This document shows positions 23,064 to 37,322 of a DNA stretch of 64,000 bases, piece by piece (position 1 is the first letter of the stretch; the number at the start of each line of letters is the position of its first letter). A program made the translations under genes and the position numbers. Below the pieces are notes generated by a model. That model did not search any database. It saw only the letters and a list, made by a program, of their open reading frames with translations, and was not told the origin of the DNA. The stretch lies in contig CM039005.1 in NCBI GenBank assembly GCA_017499595.2, positions 372,001 to 436,000 on the forward strand. Reading direction: 5' to 3'. The DNA comes from Psilocybe cubensis. Its lineage: Eukaryota.

Positions 23064-23496
23064 ATGGAAAAGGCTCTGTTGAAATTACCAGATGAGCTGG
23101 TTCGTATCATAACTGAAATGTCTCTTTTTCGACAGACAAGCTCTTCACGCTCTGACTTTGGTGAGCAAAATGTTTCATTGGGAAGCTATGTGCTTGCTGT
23201 ATCGATCCATGACGGATTCCAACGGGACAGTGCACTATAAATTCCTTACCAAATTACGGAAACGTCCACGGCTTGCAGAGATGGTGCACACATACCATAT
23301 CCCCACCACCCCACATTCACAGAAAATCTCTCTGTGGCGCCTTATACAAAAGTGCATGCACTATATGATCAACCTGAAAGAGCCAGCATATACCACTCTA
23401 TTTTCATACCCCTTGACGCCATTTCCTACGCCCAAGAAAGGGCAGTTGAAGATGCCATTTCAACTCGAAACATTTATCTATGAGTACCTACTGTGA
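23064..23496 (+). pseudogene. Frameshifted, truncated F-box-like gene remnant
   Basis: MEKALLKLPDELVRIITEMSLF continues as DRQALHALTLVSKMFHWEAMCLLY in another frame; shift at the T-run near 23125-23129; ends after ~140 codons. Confidence 0.5.
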
Positions 23497-23574
23497 CCTG
23501 TCACTATAGACCTCGGCACATTGTATAACATTTTTGGACCTGTCAATTGAGTGCTCCATTCGGGTGCTCGAAAA

Positions 23575-25259
23575 TTACCACCATGTATGGCCAGCCCCCT
23601 CGGAAAGAAAATTCGCAACGACAATGGACCCTTCGTCCAGTAGTGATGCATAGCATAATCGTCCAGAAATTGGATCAAATGTGAACTCGCCGTATTGTAG
23701 AAGGTTGTCACCCGTGTTTTCCAAGCTGACGACTGGATCATAATACGAATAGATCCGGTCTGCTGCTTTGGTTATGCTGTCACCAGAAACAGAAAGCTGT
23801 ATTGTGTCGAAATTACTGAAACATTTGAATATTTGGCCTTGTAATATTCGCCAGCTGTCCCACCCTATAGAGAAATCTCCGTAGTTAAGATCTTGGATTA
23901 AAGTCGTTGCCCATTCTTCAATGCTTTCATAGTTTTCTCTGCCGTCAACCGAAGAAGCGTTTATTTTGTAAGACACGGTGAAATACTCTGAGCTACTCCC
24001 AGATTCAATGATGTCGAATAGAAACGGTGCAACCGAGTGACCATTATACCAGGAGTTTGCAGACCTATAAACCGACATCTGATTTCGTGAGAGATGGTAA
24101 CTTGGGTTGGACGGCTGATTAATGGGTAGTATGAAGTCGGGCGAGAAATCAAATGGTGTCGCTTTCTCCAACCCAAGCCATGATCGACTACCAGGAATAG
24201 GAAATTTCCAGCCACGAATCCAATTGAAGCTAACCAATATGACTCTGCAGCAGTCAATAAAAGCCTAATTAACGACGTCTTACTTTGAGAATGATTATTA
24301 CGGTTGAAAGTGACTGTACTCACAGTTAAAACAGCTTCTAACCCGTGCTTCCAGGATAACCATATATCTCGGACGATATCCCACATATAGATACAATTGT
24401 CGTCTATTTCGACGAAGATATCTCCGCTCATTAGTCGAAGCATGATATTGCCTGGATATCGTGGAGCACTGGCTCTGTAGATATGGGTCGTTGGCGGTGT
24501 TGAAGCGAGTTGACATTCGAAAACATGATATTGAGGTACGCCCCTTAGTTCGGTTCAATATTGTCGACATCGAAAGTTCGGTATTATGAAACACGTACAA
24601 CAGGTCATCAGAGATTGAGATAGCCAGTGCCCCGATTCGAATGGCAGTCCCCGTAGGATCCTGAGAGCACACAATGGGTGTTTGTAAGCGATATTTCCAC
24701 TCAACCAGAGGTTCAGCCACTTTTGAGTGTTTGTTTGTGACAGCGTCCAAATCCCACACGCACAAATTTCTCCAGTACCCTGAGTAGCTTACGAGGAAGC
24801 GGCCACCAGGGATGAGGAAAAGGAATCTGGTAAAGTTTCCAGCTATATCTAAAACACCTGGAATGGTTAATCGCTTAGAGGTAGCCGGTAGAATACGGTC
24901 GCCTGAGCAGAGATGTTTGTTGTAAAGAGAAATGATTTTATCTGGACTAAAAACAACGCGTTGAATTTCTATTACGGATAGTTGGGGGATATTGTAGGTC
25001 GGTTTGAAGAGAGCGTTGGACGCGCATATCTTGTTAAGTAAGGGAATCCAAACCGAGCGGTGCGCAGAGGCTTCTCGTAAAGAACGGCATGTCTGTCGAC
25101 TGTCAGCTTTCTCTTTATATTATTGAAGCTGGTAATAGAGAAACCCACCATACCAAGTTTTACCACTTCTAAAGGATCCAAGAGTTGTATCACATTCAAA
25201 AGTATATCGAAATGGATATTTTGAAACGATATATAGGTTTGCTGAGAGCTTCCAACCAT
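23575..25259 (-). CDS. F-box-like protein, PGGR/FDPxSGR family, paralogue 1
   Basis: N-terminal IHFDILLNVIQLLDPLEVVKLGM|TCRSL; FLIPGGRFLVSY; CVWDL; C-terminal FDPISGRLCY. Confidence 0.75.
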
Positions 25260-25668
25260 TCGTCGCCAAAAATTTGATGTAGGTCAGCGTAGGTCATTCC
25301 ACTGTTGTTGCCAATGAATGTTCAATGTTGACGGTGTAAAGCAATTGGGATATTGAACAGGTCCTGAGATGTGGAATTAAAAGGTATAAGGCCTCTGGGT
25401 TGGCAATAAGACTTTGAATCAATCTTAAGTGAAGGAAATGCCAATTTGCCAAGGGCAACACCAAAACATTGTGCAAACATGGCGTCAATTTGATCCTATT
25501 GGCTATGTCTTGGGAGACAAACATTGCAATCATCGGCACATGACATGATGCTGACATATGTCATGTCGAAACATATGTCGACGCCCATTACGTCTACACA
25601 CCTTGTTTCTACCTCAATCAATCAACAACATCGAAACGCCATTCGATTGTATTATTCTTTGAACCAAC

Positions 25669-26626
25669 ATGGCCTGGCGCTGCTCTGGTAGAACTAATTC
25701 TCAACTCATCTCTAACATGAAATCGAATGGCATAATTCATTCCGACCGAATTATGAAGGTAAAACCAAAATACTGATAGTGTCCTCCAAGAGGCACATTG
25801 AATGAGTGTCATACAGGCAATGAATTCCGTCGACAGAGGCAATTATGTACCTAGGAAATCGGAAGCATACGAGGATTCTCCACAGTTCCGTTCCTTGACA
25901 GTCATCTTATTAAACCTGCGTTTGAAACATTGCATCTAACAGGCTTATTGGGCATGGGGCGACGATAAGCGCACCGCACATGGCAAGCATGATTATGGCG
26001 TTATTTCTCTGTATAATGGAGCTCACAATTTGGTAGCACGCGTATGCAACGGAACATTTATTGCCATATCTTCATCCAGGAGCGAAAGTACTCGATATCG
26101 GAAGTGGGTCTGGTTACCTTGTGTCAGTCCTTCACGAACTTGTCAGTCCGGGTGGGAAGGTTGTTGGCATAGATCATATCCCTGAACTGGTTGACTCTTC
26201 TATTCACAATCTCAAAAAAGATGGGCGAGGAGAATCCATCGAAAACGGAGAGATCATAATGATTGCAGGAGATGGGAGGCTTGGATATCCTTCTGCAGGT
26301 GTGTTTTTGGTCGGCGTTTACTGTAATGTTGTTTAACATATTTTATAAGGGCCATATGATGCAATTCACGTCGGAGCTGCAGCATCTAAAGTTCCACAGG
26401 AATTGATAGACCAACTCGCAAAACCCGGACGGATGTTCATTCCTGTAGGCGACTACTCCCAATACATAGAGCATATCGATAAAGATGAGCATGGGAATGT
26501 AACACGCTCTCAAGTAATGGCTGTTCGGGTAAGTTGGTTCTCTGCCAAAGTTTATTATCTAACGTACAATTGCAGTATGTTCCCCTCACTGATAAAGCCC
26601 TGCAAACTGGTGGCCCTATGAATTGA
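25669..26626 (+). CDS. PCMT1: Protein-L-isoaspartate(D-aspartate) O-methyltransferase
   Basis: MAWRCSGRTNSQLI; ATISAPHM; SAM motif VLDIGSGSGY; GDGRLGYP; PYDAIHVGAAA; LAKPGRMFIPVG; YVPLTD. Confidence 0.93.
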
Positions 26627-27328
26627 AATGAACGTTGTATCAAATCATAATCGCTACCTGTATATTACACATCATCAAAACAAATTCATGTCAATTTCCT
26701 TACTATCTTTCCTACTGAAATACTCAGAAAATTTCTTTAAGCCAAGTTTTCTTAAATTCAAGATTGGAATGTAGAGGTTTTGGAGATTGGACTAGCATGT
26801 GGTTGTAATGTGGTTGTCGCAACATCTAGATGAGATTAAGGTAGATGAAGGTACACAACTTGGCGCTGGAATGGTATGGGCAACCAGGTTCAGAACATGA
26901 AGCCTACCAAACCGCTGTCCAATTCCAAGATCAGTATTCCATTATGAATGATAAAACCGAACCAGTCGGTCCAAGGATTTTCAGCAAATCTTCTAGCATG
27001 CCTCAAACTAGCCTGCAATTCATAATATGGATTGATGTGATCTACCCGTTAGAAGGGCATTATACACCAGCTGATTGTGACTCAACTAACTTTAAGTAAA
27101 GTTCAAATGGTATTCGATGCTACTTCGGCACCGATTTTTTTCAAGTCCAAGTGCCTACTTGAGTCGCCGCTTCAATGACTTAAAGTATATCAACCTTCCA
27201 GGCAGTTGCCATTCCCACATCCCAAATACACACCACAACCATACTTGAGTCCACTCACACATATTAAACACGTCTCGGGTCGAATAGTCTTCGCTTTATA
27301 CTGCTCTCTGTTCCGTGTCCTAGAAGTC

Positions 27329-29362
27329 ATGGCGCTCACTTTCAATAACCCTTTGGATGTACTTGGACCAACAACGTCGATGTACCGGCTTCAAAGCACA
27401 CCGCCTGATGTGGTTCTTGAAATAATGTATCAATGTAGGGTGAAAGATATATTCTCTCTCCGAAAGGTAAGCCTCGAACGTATTTTTTCATGTATAAATG
27501 TGCCCATAAATTTTGAAGACTTGCGTGAAACTTTGGGAGATTTCTCAAGAAAGAAACCTATGGATAAAAGCTCTCTACGACACTTGCTGCCGTAATGAGA
27601 TACCGAGATCCAGTTTTGCAGTTTCACAGATGTCACTTTCTGAACTTGAAAAAGCCGCCTTTGCACCAACCAGGATACTCCAGCACCTCTGGAACCATCA
27701 AAACACTTCAAATGGATTGGAGCTCCAACCATACTACACCAGGAGAATCTCTGGAAATGAAGACGGATATAAGTTCCGATCTGTTTTCATTGTGCCAGGT
27801 GGACGATTCTGTGTCACGGTCGTTTCGACTGCGATACATATATGGGATCTTTCCTCGTCATCCATGAGCGAAAAACCGCAGAGAGTCAAAACTTGGTACA
27901 TCGAAGAATCTGACCTTCTTACCGTTTCTTTAAATCCCGATTCAGATGGAATAAGGATTGCAGTAGAAAATGAGGGTGCTAATACCGCTCGGTAAGCATG
28001 AGTCCGACCCTAGCATCTTTCAACGCTAAAAATGGGTACAAAGCCATATATCTGTTTTTGAATATCACCCATCGTCTGGCCGTTCAAATGAATGGATTTG
28101 GAATCATTTTCATGAAACTGAGAACGTGGTTGTCGACTTGATCACAATGTCTTGCAACTATCTCCTTATAGCAACAAGCGCCCATGTTTGTGTCTGGGAC
28201 TTCGTCAACGATAAAGAAGCAATGTGGACGTATGATCGCCTGGGAATTAAATCCAGAACTCTTTCAAACGTGAGTTTTTTCTTTACTTCTAAATATATTG
28301 CTTTGTTTGACAATCATTCAGGTTATGCTGGACACAGAAGAAAATGTTGTTATTCTCTTCACTTTTAACCGAGTCATTTGCTGGAAAATCTTACCACTCG
28401 GAATGAAAGAGGCGGGTATTTCTTCTGTCTGCCATCACGACAAAATGGAACTCGTCTTTGATATCAATTTCGAGAAACCCCGATTCCCTGGCAGAACACC
28501 GTTAGCAACGGACTTCAAACGAGTTGCCGACTGGTACAAAATAACACCATCGTCCAGAATCTTTGACATTCGGCTCAATTTCAGGTCTAGAAGTGACACA
28601 AGAAAGTGGATTTGGACAGGCTACCAAGTAGTTGATACACCGGTACCTGGTCCTCAATCGGAGACGAATAGTTCTGGAACCCATACCAACCTGCAGTCGA
28701 TATATAAAGTCGTTAGACTTGAGCATTGGTCAACTCATACCGAATCTCAGGGTGTTCTTAGCTCAATTGAACATATCGATGACGATGACGACTCGGATGG
28801 CGATGACAATGACAATGAGGGTGAAGGTGACTCGGTACATCAATATGGAAGTTATGTGGACGTTACACGATTCGGCCTTGAAGGCGACGAAGAAAGATAC
28901 AACTCAGGTGATGATGGCAATCGCCCTACAATCTTGGATGGTGGGGAGGAATATGACGACGCGATTGAGAACGACGATGAAGTGCAGCCCGACACTGAAA
29001 ATGACGATAGATACTACAGCAGCGGCAGTGAGGACTTCTTCTTTGAGTTCGGAGAAGGAAGTAACGAATATCGAAAATGCGACGACTACTTAGTGAAATT
29101 TTGCTACTCAAGGACTCACCTCAAGATACGAACCATGCGACTACCTACCACATCCGATCCCTCGGTTTCGAGAGAGAAAAAACTTGATTCTTGGGTATCA
29201 ATTAGACTCACCCCCTTTTCGGAATGCCAGAGTATCTGGGCGGGCCAGTGCAATTGGTTGGCGGGATCGGATTCCATCTCCTTCGACCCAGTTTCTGGAC
29301 GATTAGCCTTTGTGGATTCAAAGGACAACGTACTCCACATTTGGGATTTCTTACCTGCGTAA
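27329..29362 (+). CDS. F-box-like protein, PGGR/FDPxSGR family, paralogue 2 (with acidic insertion)
   Basis: PPDVVLEIMYQCRVKDIFSLRK|TCVKLWEI; FIVPGGRFCV; IWDL; SFDPVSGRLAFVD; D/E-rich tract ~28777-29060. Confidence 0.78.
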
Positions 29363-30122
29363 CTATGCTTTTTCATGACTGTGATTGGAGGAACCCCAAG
29401 GTTGTTTAATATTTACCGTCTATAATCTACGAGTATCCGAAACCGTGGTAAATAGAAAAGGATAAACAGAGGAAGAGGAGGAAAACGGGATGTAGATTGA
29501 TGGAAATAGTGTACATAAGAACAATCATTTCTAAGTCCTTGTTTCGAATATAAAAAAGAAAAGGAAGAGATGATAGAATATCATACAGGAATGACTCGGG
29601 GCAGGGGATGGTCGGGAGCTGTTCTAAAGACAAAACCAAGAAAATGATACAAATAAGAGCTGAAGGAGGGACATCTATCAAAGTACATGAGGGAGACAAG
29701 TGAATGACCGGGTCAACAAGAAAAAAAAAAGGAATGCCGAAACAAAATATAAAAAGAAAAAACTTCCCCCATGGTATACTCTAGATGTCTTTCTTTCCCT
29801 TCTTCAGACTCGCACTGCTCCCAGGACGGCGAAGTCCGAAAATGCGTCCCAAAACCGAATGACCCCCACCTCCGCCACCACTTCCGTGACCATGGCCCGA
29901 ACCAGAGGGCACATCCATGCCCAAGCTCAAGCTCATCGCCCTCCTGAATCTTTTCCCCATACCATTCTCTGCGATATTCGCGGCGAAGACCGACAGACCG
30001 ACCGATCGAAGAAAAAGGAATACGGATGGCAAGGTCCGCAATGCAGTATAGAGCGCCACGAATGAAAACAGATAGAAGAATGCAAAAGCGGTTTTGGAAA
30101 AAAAGAGATGGGGAGAGAAAGA

Positions 30123-33100
30123 TTAAAGGTTAGCTTTCTCGGGAGTGTCCCGGGCCCCATCCCAAGACGCACCAGCTGCAGCAACAGGTGTCCCCTGCCT
30201 CTCCGGGGTAGGCACATACGGCACATCCTTCACCAACGACAGCATATGTTCCACCACCTCTTGCGGCGTCGTCACATGCCAGGCTGCCAATGTGCGCTTG
30301 CTGCTGTGGCCGACGGCGGTCGTGAAAACGGCCTGGGGCTGGATGGCCAACTCGACGGGCGGGGCGTTGGGGTTGTCGACGAGCTTCACGGCCACAGGGG
30401 CCTCCATCGTCACTTTTGACGTTTGTCCTGGTTGGAAGAGAAGAAGGGATCGGAACATATCCTCATCGGTCTATAGAACGCCGGCGGAGGAACATTATTG
30501 AATGTAATTAAATTGGATTAAAACAGCGTCTACCTTGTCGTCACCCGCGCAGAAAATGAACTCTGCATCAGGGTTTTGGTACAAAATACGCTTGACAATC
30601 TCGCCCTGCACCGATATCAGCCATGAATCCATACGGTAGAAAGTACTCAAACCGAGAAAACACCGTACCTTATTTACAGCAATGGGTCTAACTTCGAGGT
30701 TCTTCTTTCCAAGAAGCACTGTCAAAAAGTTGGGAATGTTGAGTCGTCGGCACTATGTCGGTGGCAACGAGATGCATACCTTCAATTGGCCTCTTGTGAG
30801 CCAGATTATTTTCCAACAGATCCTGACATTGTCGGCACTGGAATTGACTGAATTGATTCCAAGTCCAGAATCAGTAAAAGACCGAACATTAACCTCGAAA
30901 AACCTTACCCCCACTCGGGATCACTCGATCGATAATGCCACGTAATCGAGCTTTTCTTCATCTCGATATGACTTCCGGTTGTTCTCTAAAAAAAGTAAAA
31001 AAAGCGTAAGAGACCGTATTTATCCGACATTGTAACCAATCTCAGACGTACCTCAGTGTAATATCTGAAAATTTCCTCAACCTCTGCCATCCAGCTCATG
31101 TCCAAGTTCTTCGTGAAGTTCGTCCACTCGCTCGAACCGCGTTCTCGAACAAAGCCACCGTGCTCTGCTGAGAATCCGACATTCTTAAGGTGTCCCAAGT
31201 GTTGTTCGAGGAAAGCGCCATCACGGCCAGAAATGATGTAGACGATGTTATGAGGATCGGCGGATAGCTTCTCGAGAGCCTCTAGAGTAGCCGCTGATGG
31301 AGTAGCAGCGGAAGGAATTTTGACGATGGGTGCTAATGTTCCCTGATAAAAAACACAACTTATAAGCCACTGCTTTTCTGAGCCAAGATAAGCGAAAAAA
31401 CATACATCGTAATCGAACAAGAAAAGCCTCTTCTTCGCCTTGGCATACAGACCTTCCAAGAGGTCCTTGGGGATGTAAGGCGTTTGGCGTGCCATACCCT
31501 GCAAACCCAACTGTCCCAGGAGCATCTTGTAGAGGACAGCCGCCCACGTGTGAGATGTGTGCACGGTGACGACTTTGTAAAGCTTAGCATGACGCGAAGC
31601 CTTCTCCGCTGGGCTCATGACAAGTCCTTGGTTAATTGCAGCGGCGACATCCTATCGCGATAACCAAAATCAGGACTTTGAGGTAACTCAATGAAGAGAA
31701 AATCTTACACCAAGATTCCAGGGGTTGACGAGGAGCGCGTCTTCCATATTTTTGCTGATTCCCATAAACTCACTGAGGACGACGGGGCTCTTGGCTGTGT
31801 CATTTTGAGCGATGACGAATTCCATGCTAGTGGTGTTCATGCCATCTCTCAGGGGCGTAATGACAGCAAGGTCAGCAACACTCAATAGGGCGTAAAACTC
31901 GTCCTTCTTTAGCGTCTGGTGGCTGGAAAATATAACGTCAGAATCCCGGGGCGATTCAAGAAAGAGGTTAAAAACGGACTAGTGGTGTACGGGGATGAAG
32001 TCCAAACTTCCGTATTCGCCATTGATATGTGCCACGAGCTCACTGACCATGCGCTCTAGCTTGGGCGAGTCGGTCAAAGCGGGGCTCGTTACTTGGATCA
32101 TGACAACATTGCCAATCCACTCGGGATAATCCTGCAAGAGTTTCTCAAAGGCGCGGAGCTGCATGATTAACAGTCACAAAGTTAATTTGGGCTGCAGAGA
32201 CCAAAGGTTTGAACAGACCTTCTGAAGGACACCTTTGACAACATCGAGCTTATCCCGCCCAACGATGATTTTTTTGCCCTCATAAAGGTTTCTCAGTGCA
32301 TCCAGCTTGGGCTTGATACCAGGACGCGTGCTAAAAACAATGACCTTGAGATTAATTTGACCCGTTAAATAAGGCAGGAAACGACGCGTACATGTCCCTT
32401 GCAACGCGTTCCGCGTCAATACCGACAGGGCAATGCATGACAGCCGTGACATGGCCTTCGACGTCGATCCCGCGCGAAGTCGTTTCGTATCCACATACGC
32501 GAATACAGGTGGAAATAAAATGACGCGAATACGAATATGTCTGCAATGCAATACTGTTGAGAAATATGTATATTGAAATGTAAAGGTCGAACTAACTTGG
32601 AAGCATACGAGGTTGGCTCCGAGCATACCATCCAAGATTTCCTTGCGACCTGGAGTTGATTGGCAGTCAGTAACTCGAGTCTAAAGGGTCTGGGTACGAT
32701 AACCCCAGGCTTTTAGATACATCTCGAATGGTTGGAGGCTTTCGAGATACATCTCGAAACCACAACCATCAGACATCAACGCTATCAAAAGCACGTGTAA
32801 AGAAGAGAAGGGCATTCGTCGTTGGCGCGTGGATGACATAGCCAATGACCCAACGCAAATCCGAACGCCCCGACGCTCGGGCCGGCATCCCGCAATAACC
32901 GACGCGTCCAAAGAACCTACACCAGACGAAGGAGACTGGATGAACATTAGATACTCACGAGGTAGACATCTGAACACTTCGGAACTTGGGAACGGCGTAT
33001 GTACAAATAGCCCAAGCACGGCATCTGGAATAGATTCGCGTACTAGCCTGTACCCAAAAAGTTAGTTTGATGACGAAATTAGGAGAGGGGTACGTGTGTG

Positions 33101-33950
33101 GGGTCGTATGATGAAGTCAACACATACCTTGGGACGAGGAGCAAGTGGTAATCGTGGACCCAGATGAGGTCACCAGGACGATACACATCGGCAATACGCC
33201 TCGCGAAAGCAGCGTTGGCTGATTCGTAATAAGGGTAATGTGAGTCGGCCGAAGCATATTCTGTGGCTACATCTTGCCAGAGGAGGTAGTGGAATAGTGG
33301 CCAGAGAGCTGCAAGACAGTTGGAATGAAAGTTGTCATCTGGGAGCGTGTACAACACGCACTCTGTTTGCAATACCCGTCGTAATGGCCGTGCGCGACCT
33401 TATCGTCCAACCAGACAGGGACATACTTGGTCTTCCTATCTCTCTCGTCATCAGGGTCGCTCTCCTTCGGGTGGTAATTGTTGAGGGCCTCTTCGAACTC
33501 TTGCCGCTCTTTGGGAGAGGTTGTGTCTGAAGAAACCTTTTCGCCTGTGGGTGTCTCAATGTCCCCGGTCCAGCCAATAATAAGCTGCTCATGAGTATGA
33601 GACATGGAGCGAATGCCAGAAATCATGGCAGCGTGGCCATGGCGAGGTGCCATAGACCATTTCGCCTGTTCCTCCTGTTCTGTCTTCTGTTCGGTTGGTA
33701 GAGAACCGTCCTCCTGAGGAACATCCGCTGGTTTGGAAGGCGGGGTTGCTGGCGGACTGAGCACACCCAACGACGGTTTGGGTAGAAGGGTCGCAGTTAT
33801 AGGTAGATAGTGGCAAACATGTAGAATACGACCAGACAAAGGAATTCCATTCTTGCGGTGTTGTTCTTCGAGAGAGGCGATGTTCTGGCGAACTTGTTCC
33901 AGTGAGATGTCGTCCCCCTGACGTGTGTACGGCTCTGCGAATGAGTCCAT
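30123..33950 (-). CDS. TPS2: Trehalose-6-phosphate phosphatase subunit (GT20 domain + HAD phosphatase), multi-exon
   Basis: LWPLFHY, WVHDYHLLL, FVHTPFPSSE, GRDKLDVVKG, RDGMN, LSEF; HAD motif LFDYD|GTL; SGRD; AEHG; AGDDK|TDEDMF. Confidence 0.92.
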
Positions 33951-36900
33951 AGAGGAGAGTAATTTGGCGCTCGCTGTCGTATACGGTGAGGGGGTACCAG
34001 GCGGTGGGGAGAAAGAAAGACAAAAACCGGTTAAGTAGATGGTTAAGATTCAGAAATGTAATCGCGATGCTCGACAAATCGTCATAAAATGCCCAAAATG
34101 GCAACTCCCGTCCCCGATGTTCGTCCGGTCCGGCCTTCACCGAGATATCTCCATACCACGTTCTTTAACCGCGACCAGGGTCGCCAGCTCCTTTTTTGAA
34201 CTGTCTGTGAGAAGCATTGTGGTATATCTTAACTGAAATTTACTCATATTATTCTCTAATTAAGCAGGAAAGTGGCGGAAAAAGAAAGTATCCAAAGTCA
34301 CGCTGCTCTTCGGTGTTCTAACGTAAGTCCAGAGTTCATGAAAGAATCGAGCAGAAAGGTCTTCTATCTGATTTGAGAGCCTTTGACACTCTCATTCCAG
34401 GCGCATGTGAATGCCCCAAGCAATTTTTCATATCGTATAGACACTGCTCACCGCGTTATCGCACGTTCGAATGTGCCATATATACTCACCTTTTCTCCAT
34501 TGCGAGCCCGCTCGTGCGTCCTGATATCGTTCTCGAACAACCACTGACGTCGGGTAAGATCTTTTTGGAAACAGTATATGAAGCACTGAACACAGATTCT
34601 ATCTTTGGAAGCGCCTCACCGTTATAATTTCGATCGAACAATGTGCTTCAGGCGCGTCTTTCGTTCGCATCAGATTCTGCGAGTGCAAACAGCGTCATCG
34701 CATTTGATCACACTTCGCTTGATCAGGACTTTAATAAGGAAGAGGACGTCCTTTCTGCCTAGTATAGCACATTGATCGATCATACATGAAGAAGTGAGCA
34801 GGAGCAGTCCCCTAGAAAACCCTGTGGTTCGAGCAATATTTTGACAGAGCAACCCGGCGGCCGAGGATGTTCTGTCACTTCTATTATATATATTTTTCTG
34901 TCCTGTTTGCCTTCCTCAAACTCTTCGAGACGTCGGTTACGGTGATCTACAGGAGAGACTACCGAAATAGAAATTAAAGATATGTACACAGCACGTGCTC
35001 CGATTGGAACAATGACGCGTTAGCGCGACGCGCGACCTTGGCTTCAGATAAGATAACAACAGACCCATTGCAAATGGGCCGCAACTTGCGTATGCCATGT
35101 AGAAGTCCAAAAGCCTCCATTTCTATCTTTTATTATTATGTTGAAGGATAATTTCAAATCTTGACCTAATACACGTCCGATAAGTCCACGCTCAGTCTCT
35201 GGTATAACGGATAAATGGGCTGTGCCTTACAAGGGCAATCATGTTTAACAAAAGAATTTATTATTAAAGAAAGAGATTTCATTGAAAACACGAAATATAG
35301 TGAAAGAGAAAGAATTTGAAAGGGAACACACGTGTAATAAATGCCAACAGAGTGTTTGTATTCCAACGTGATATTCCATACTGCCCAACACTCCTAGTTC
35401 CACCTTACCCATTCTGATGACCATGTATATAGGAAATATACTCTCAGTTAGATACACGCGAGGTAAGTAGCACAACTCGTTGGAAGAAACATAAACAAAC
35501 CGAGTGCACTGACCCTGACGGAATTGAGGGGCAGAACGTACATGTAGTATGCAGCATATGGTAAGCCACCCCAGATTCCTAAGCATTGATTTATCACTGT
35601 TCAACAAGTTGTGCTATGCCTTACATTAATTAATAGGACAGTGTTACACGTCCCAGTCTACCTCTCATACATTTTTGCTGATACAATTCAAGTCTGCATA
35701 TTTCATTCCGCTGCTCAAGTGACCTTGAGCATTACTAATTCCAGTAAATTGGCACAATCCGAAACAAGTGCAGATGTGCTGATGGAGATGCAACAAGTGC
35801 TTACGAGACTCGAAGGAGGGTTCCGCACAAAGTAAGCTAGACTTCTGTGAACATTTGACATGATGTAGTTTATCGCACTGGCACTGACTAATTGTGCCGC
35901 ACCGAGGAACGCCGTCCCCGCCTTTGCCAATCGTCACAGATTCGTCTATTATTATTATCGCGAAATCAGATTTATGGAGTTATAAATATAGTCATTCCGT
36001 TCCGAACGTTATAATCCCGACCTGTCGGGAGTCGGGACGCACGCGTTCTCGGGATTGCAGGCTCAGTGCAAAGCAGTGTACCCTCCATAAAATAACGCAA
36101 CTTGATTGATAAGTTAAACAAGCCTTAGTATAGCAACAGTAGGAACAGAAAAACCACCGGAGAGATGACATTCTGCCGGGCGACTTCTGTGCGATATCAG
36201 AGTAAACGCTAGCTAAAAACACTCTCGCCAGCAAGGCGAACCGTCAAACACGCTCGCTCAACCGATGTGATGTCGGGTAGACGACAAGCGTGCTACTTAT
36301 CACAGCGCTTACATACCTCGCGACAAGGGTGATCCCGACTTTACACTGGCAATTCCGAGATTCCCTCCGTCGCCTGCGCTCCCGATTCCGTGGGATGGGT
36401 TAACTGACCATAGACCACTTTCTCGGCTTTATTGCATCGGCAGCATCTGTGTGACTGTGTCGCAGCGCGTCGGGCCGTTCAACATGGGAAATTATATCCT
36501 CTCAGTTTCCGCCTCCATGTCAACATCCGAGAAGGGCTATCATTCTGCGTCGTAACGCCTCCTAGCCTATGTTAAACACGGTGGGGACTCCCCATTACAT
36601 TAATGTGATATAGATCATATTTCGACGAGCTTATTTCTCATATTTGGATCTAGAGTGGTCAAGTGCTGATATAATTGGTGACTCTGGACACCGTTGGACA
36701 GATTGACCAATCTAGAGAACTCGCGAACCAAGCCGAGAGCAACGGCAGCGGAATCTGTACTTTAAATAACTTCGACTGGGAGATGGAAACAGATGATAGA
36801 AGAAACTTCAACCTTGGCGCAATAGTCGCGACACTTCCCTGCTGCTCACCACAAAAATAGGTGAGAGTAGTGTCCTACATTTCTTAATACTATTCTATGT

Positions 36901-37322
36901 ACATTTCAGACCACCAGATACCGAGAAATTCGAGTCTAACACACCAGGGTTGTTGGAACGTAAGAAATCCCGGTTTGTTCGCTCAATAATATCAATTGTT
37001 AACGCACCGTTCCAATTTCCAGGAACCTGTAACTTTAATTATAATTCCTAATGTCATCTGGAACGGACATGTTGATTGCCACAGGCCTGCTTCGGCTATC
37101 GTGCCTTCCGCATTCAAGTCCAACGGACAGGGTTCGTGAGAAAATTAAAAATTGCCTTTAAACACCGTTAAAGCACCTCCATTCACGCCTGCCCCACCTC
37201 ACCCCGCACACGCGTCACAACCTCACTGCAGGTGTGTATACCTGATGTAGGGTTTTTCGATACCTTTCATGATCGCGGATTATCTGATTCACCTTCTCCA
37301 CAACAGTCATCGTGTGCCTACA

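Noticed and set aside
32707-32758. ~22-bp direct repeat in a long TPS2 intron
   Set aside because: Only two copies; simple local duplication
34300-37200. Long intergenic region with scattered splice-like sites and small palindromes; checked for ncRNA or micro-exon genes
   Set aside because: I could not build a coherent ORF or recognise an RNA family
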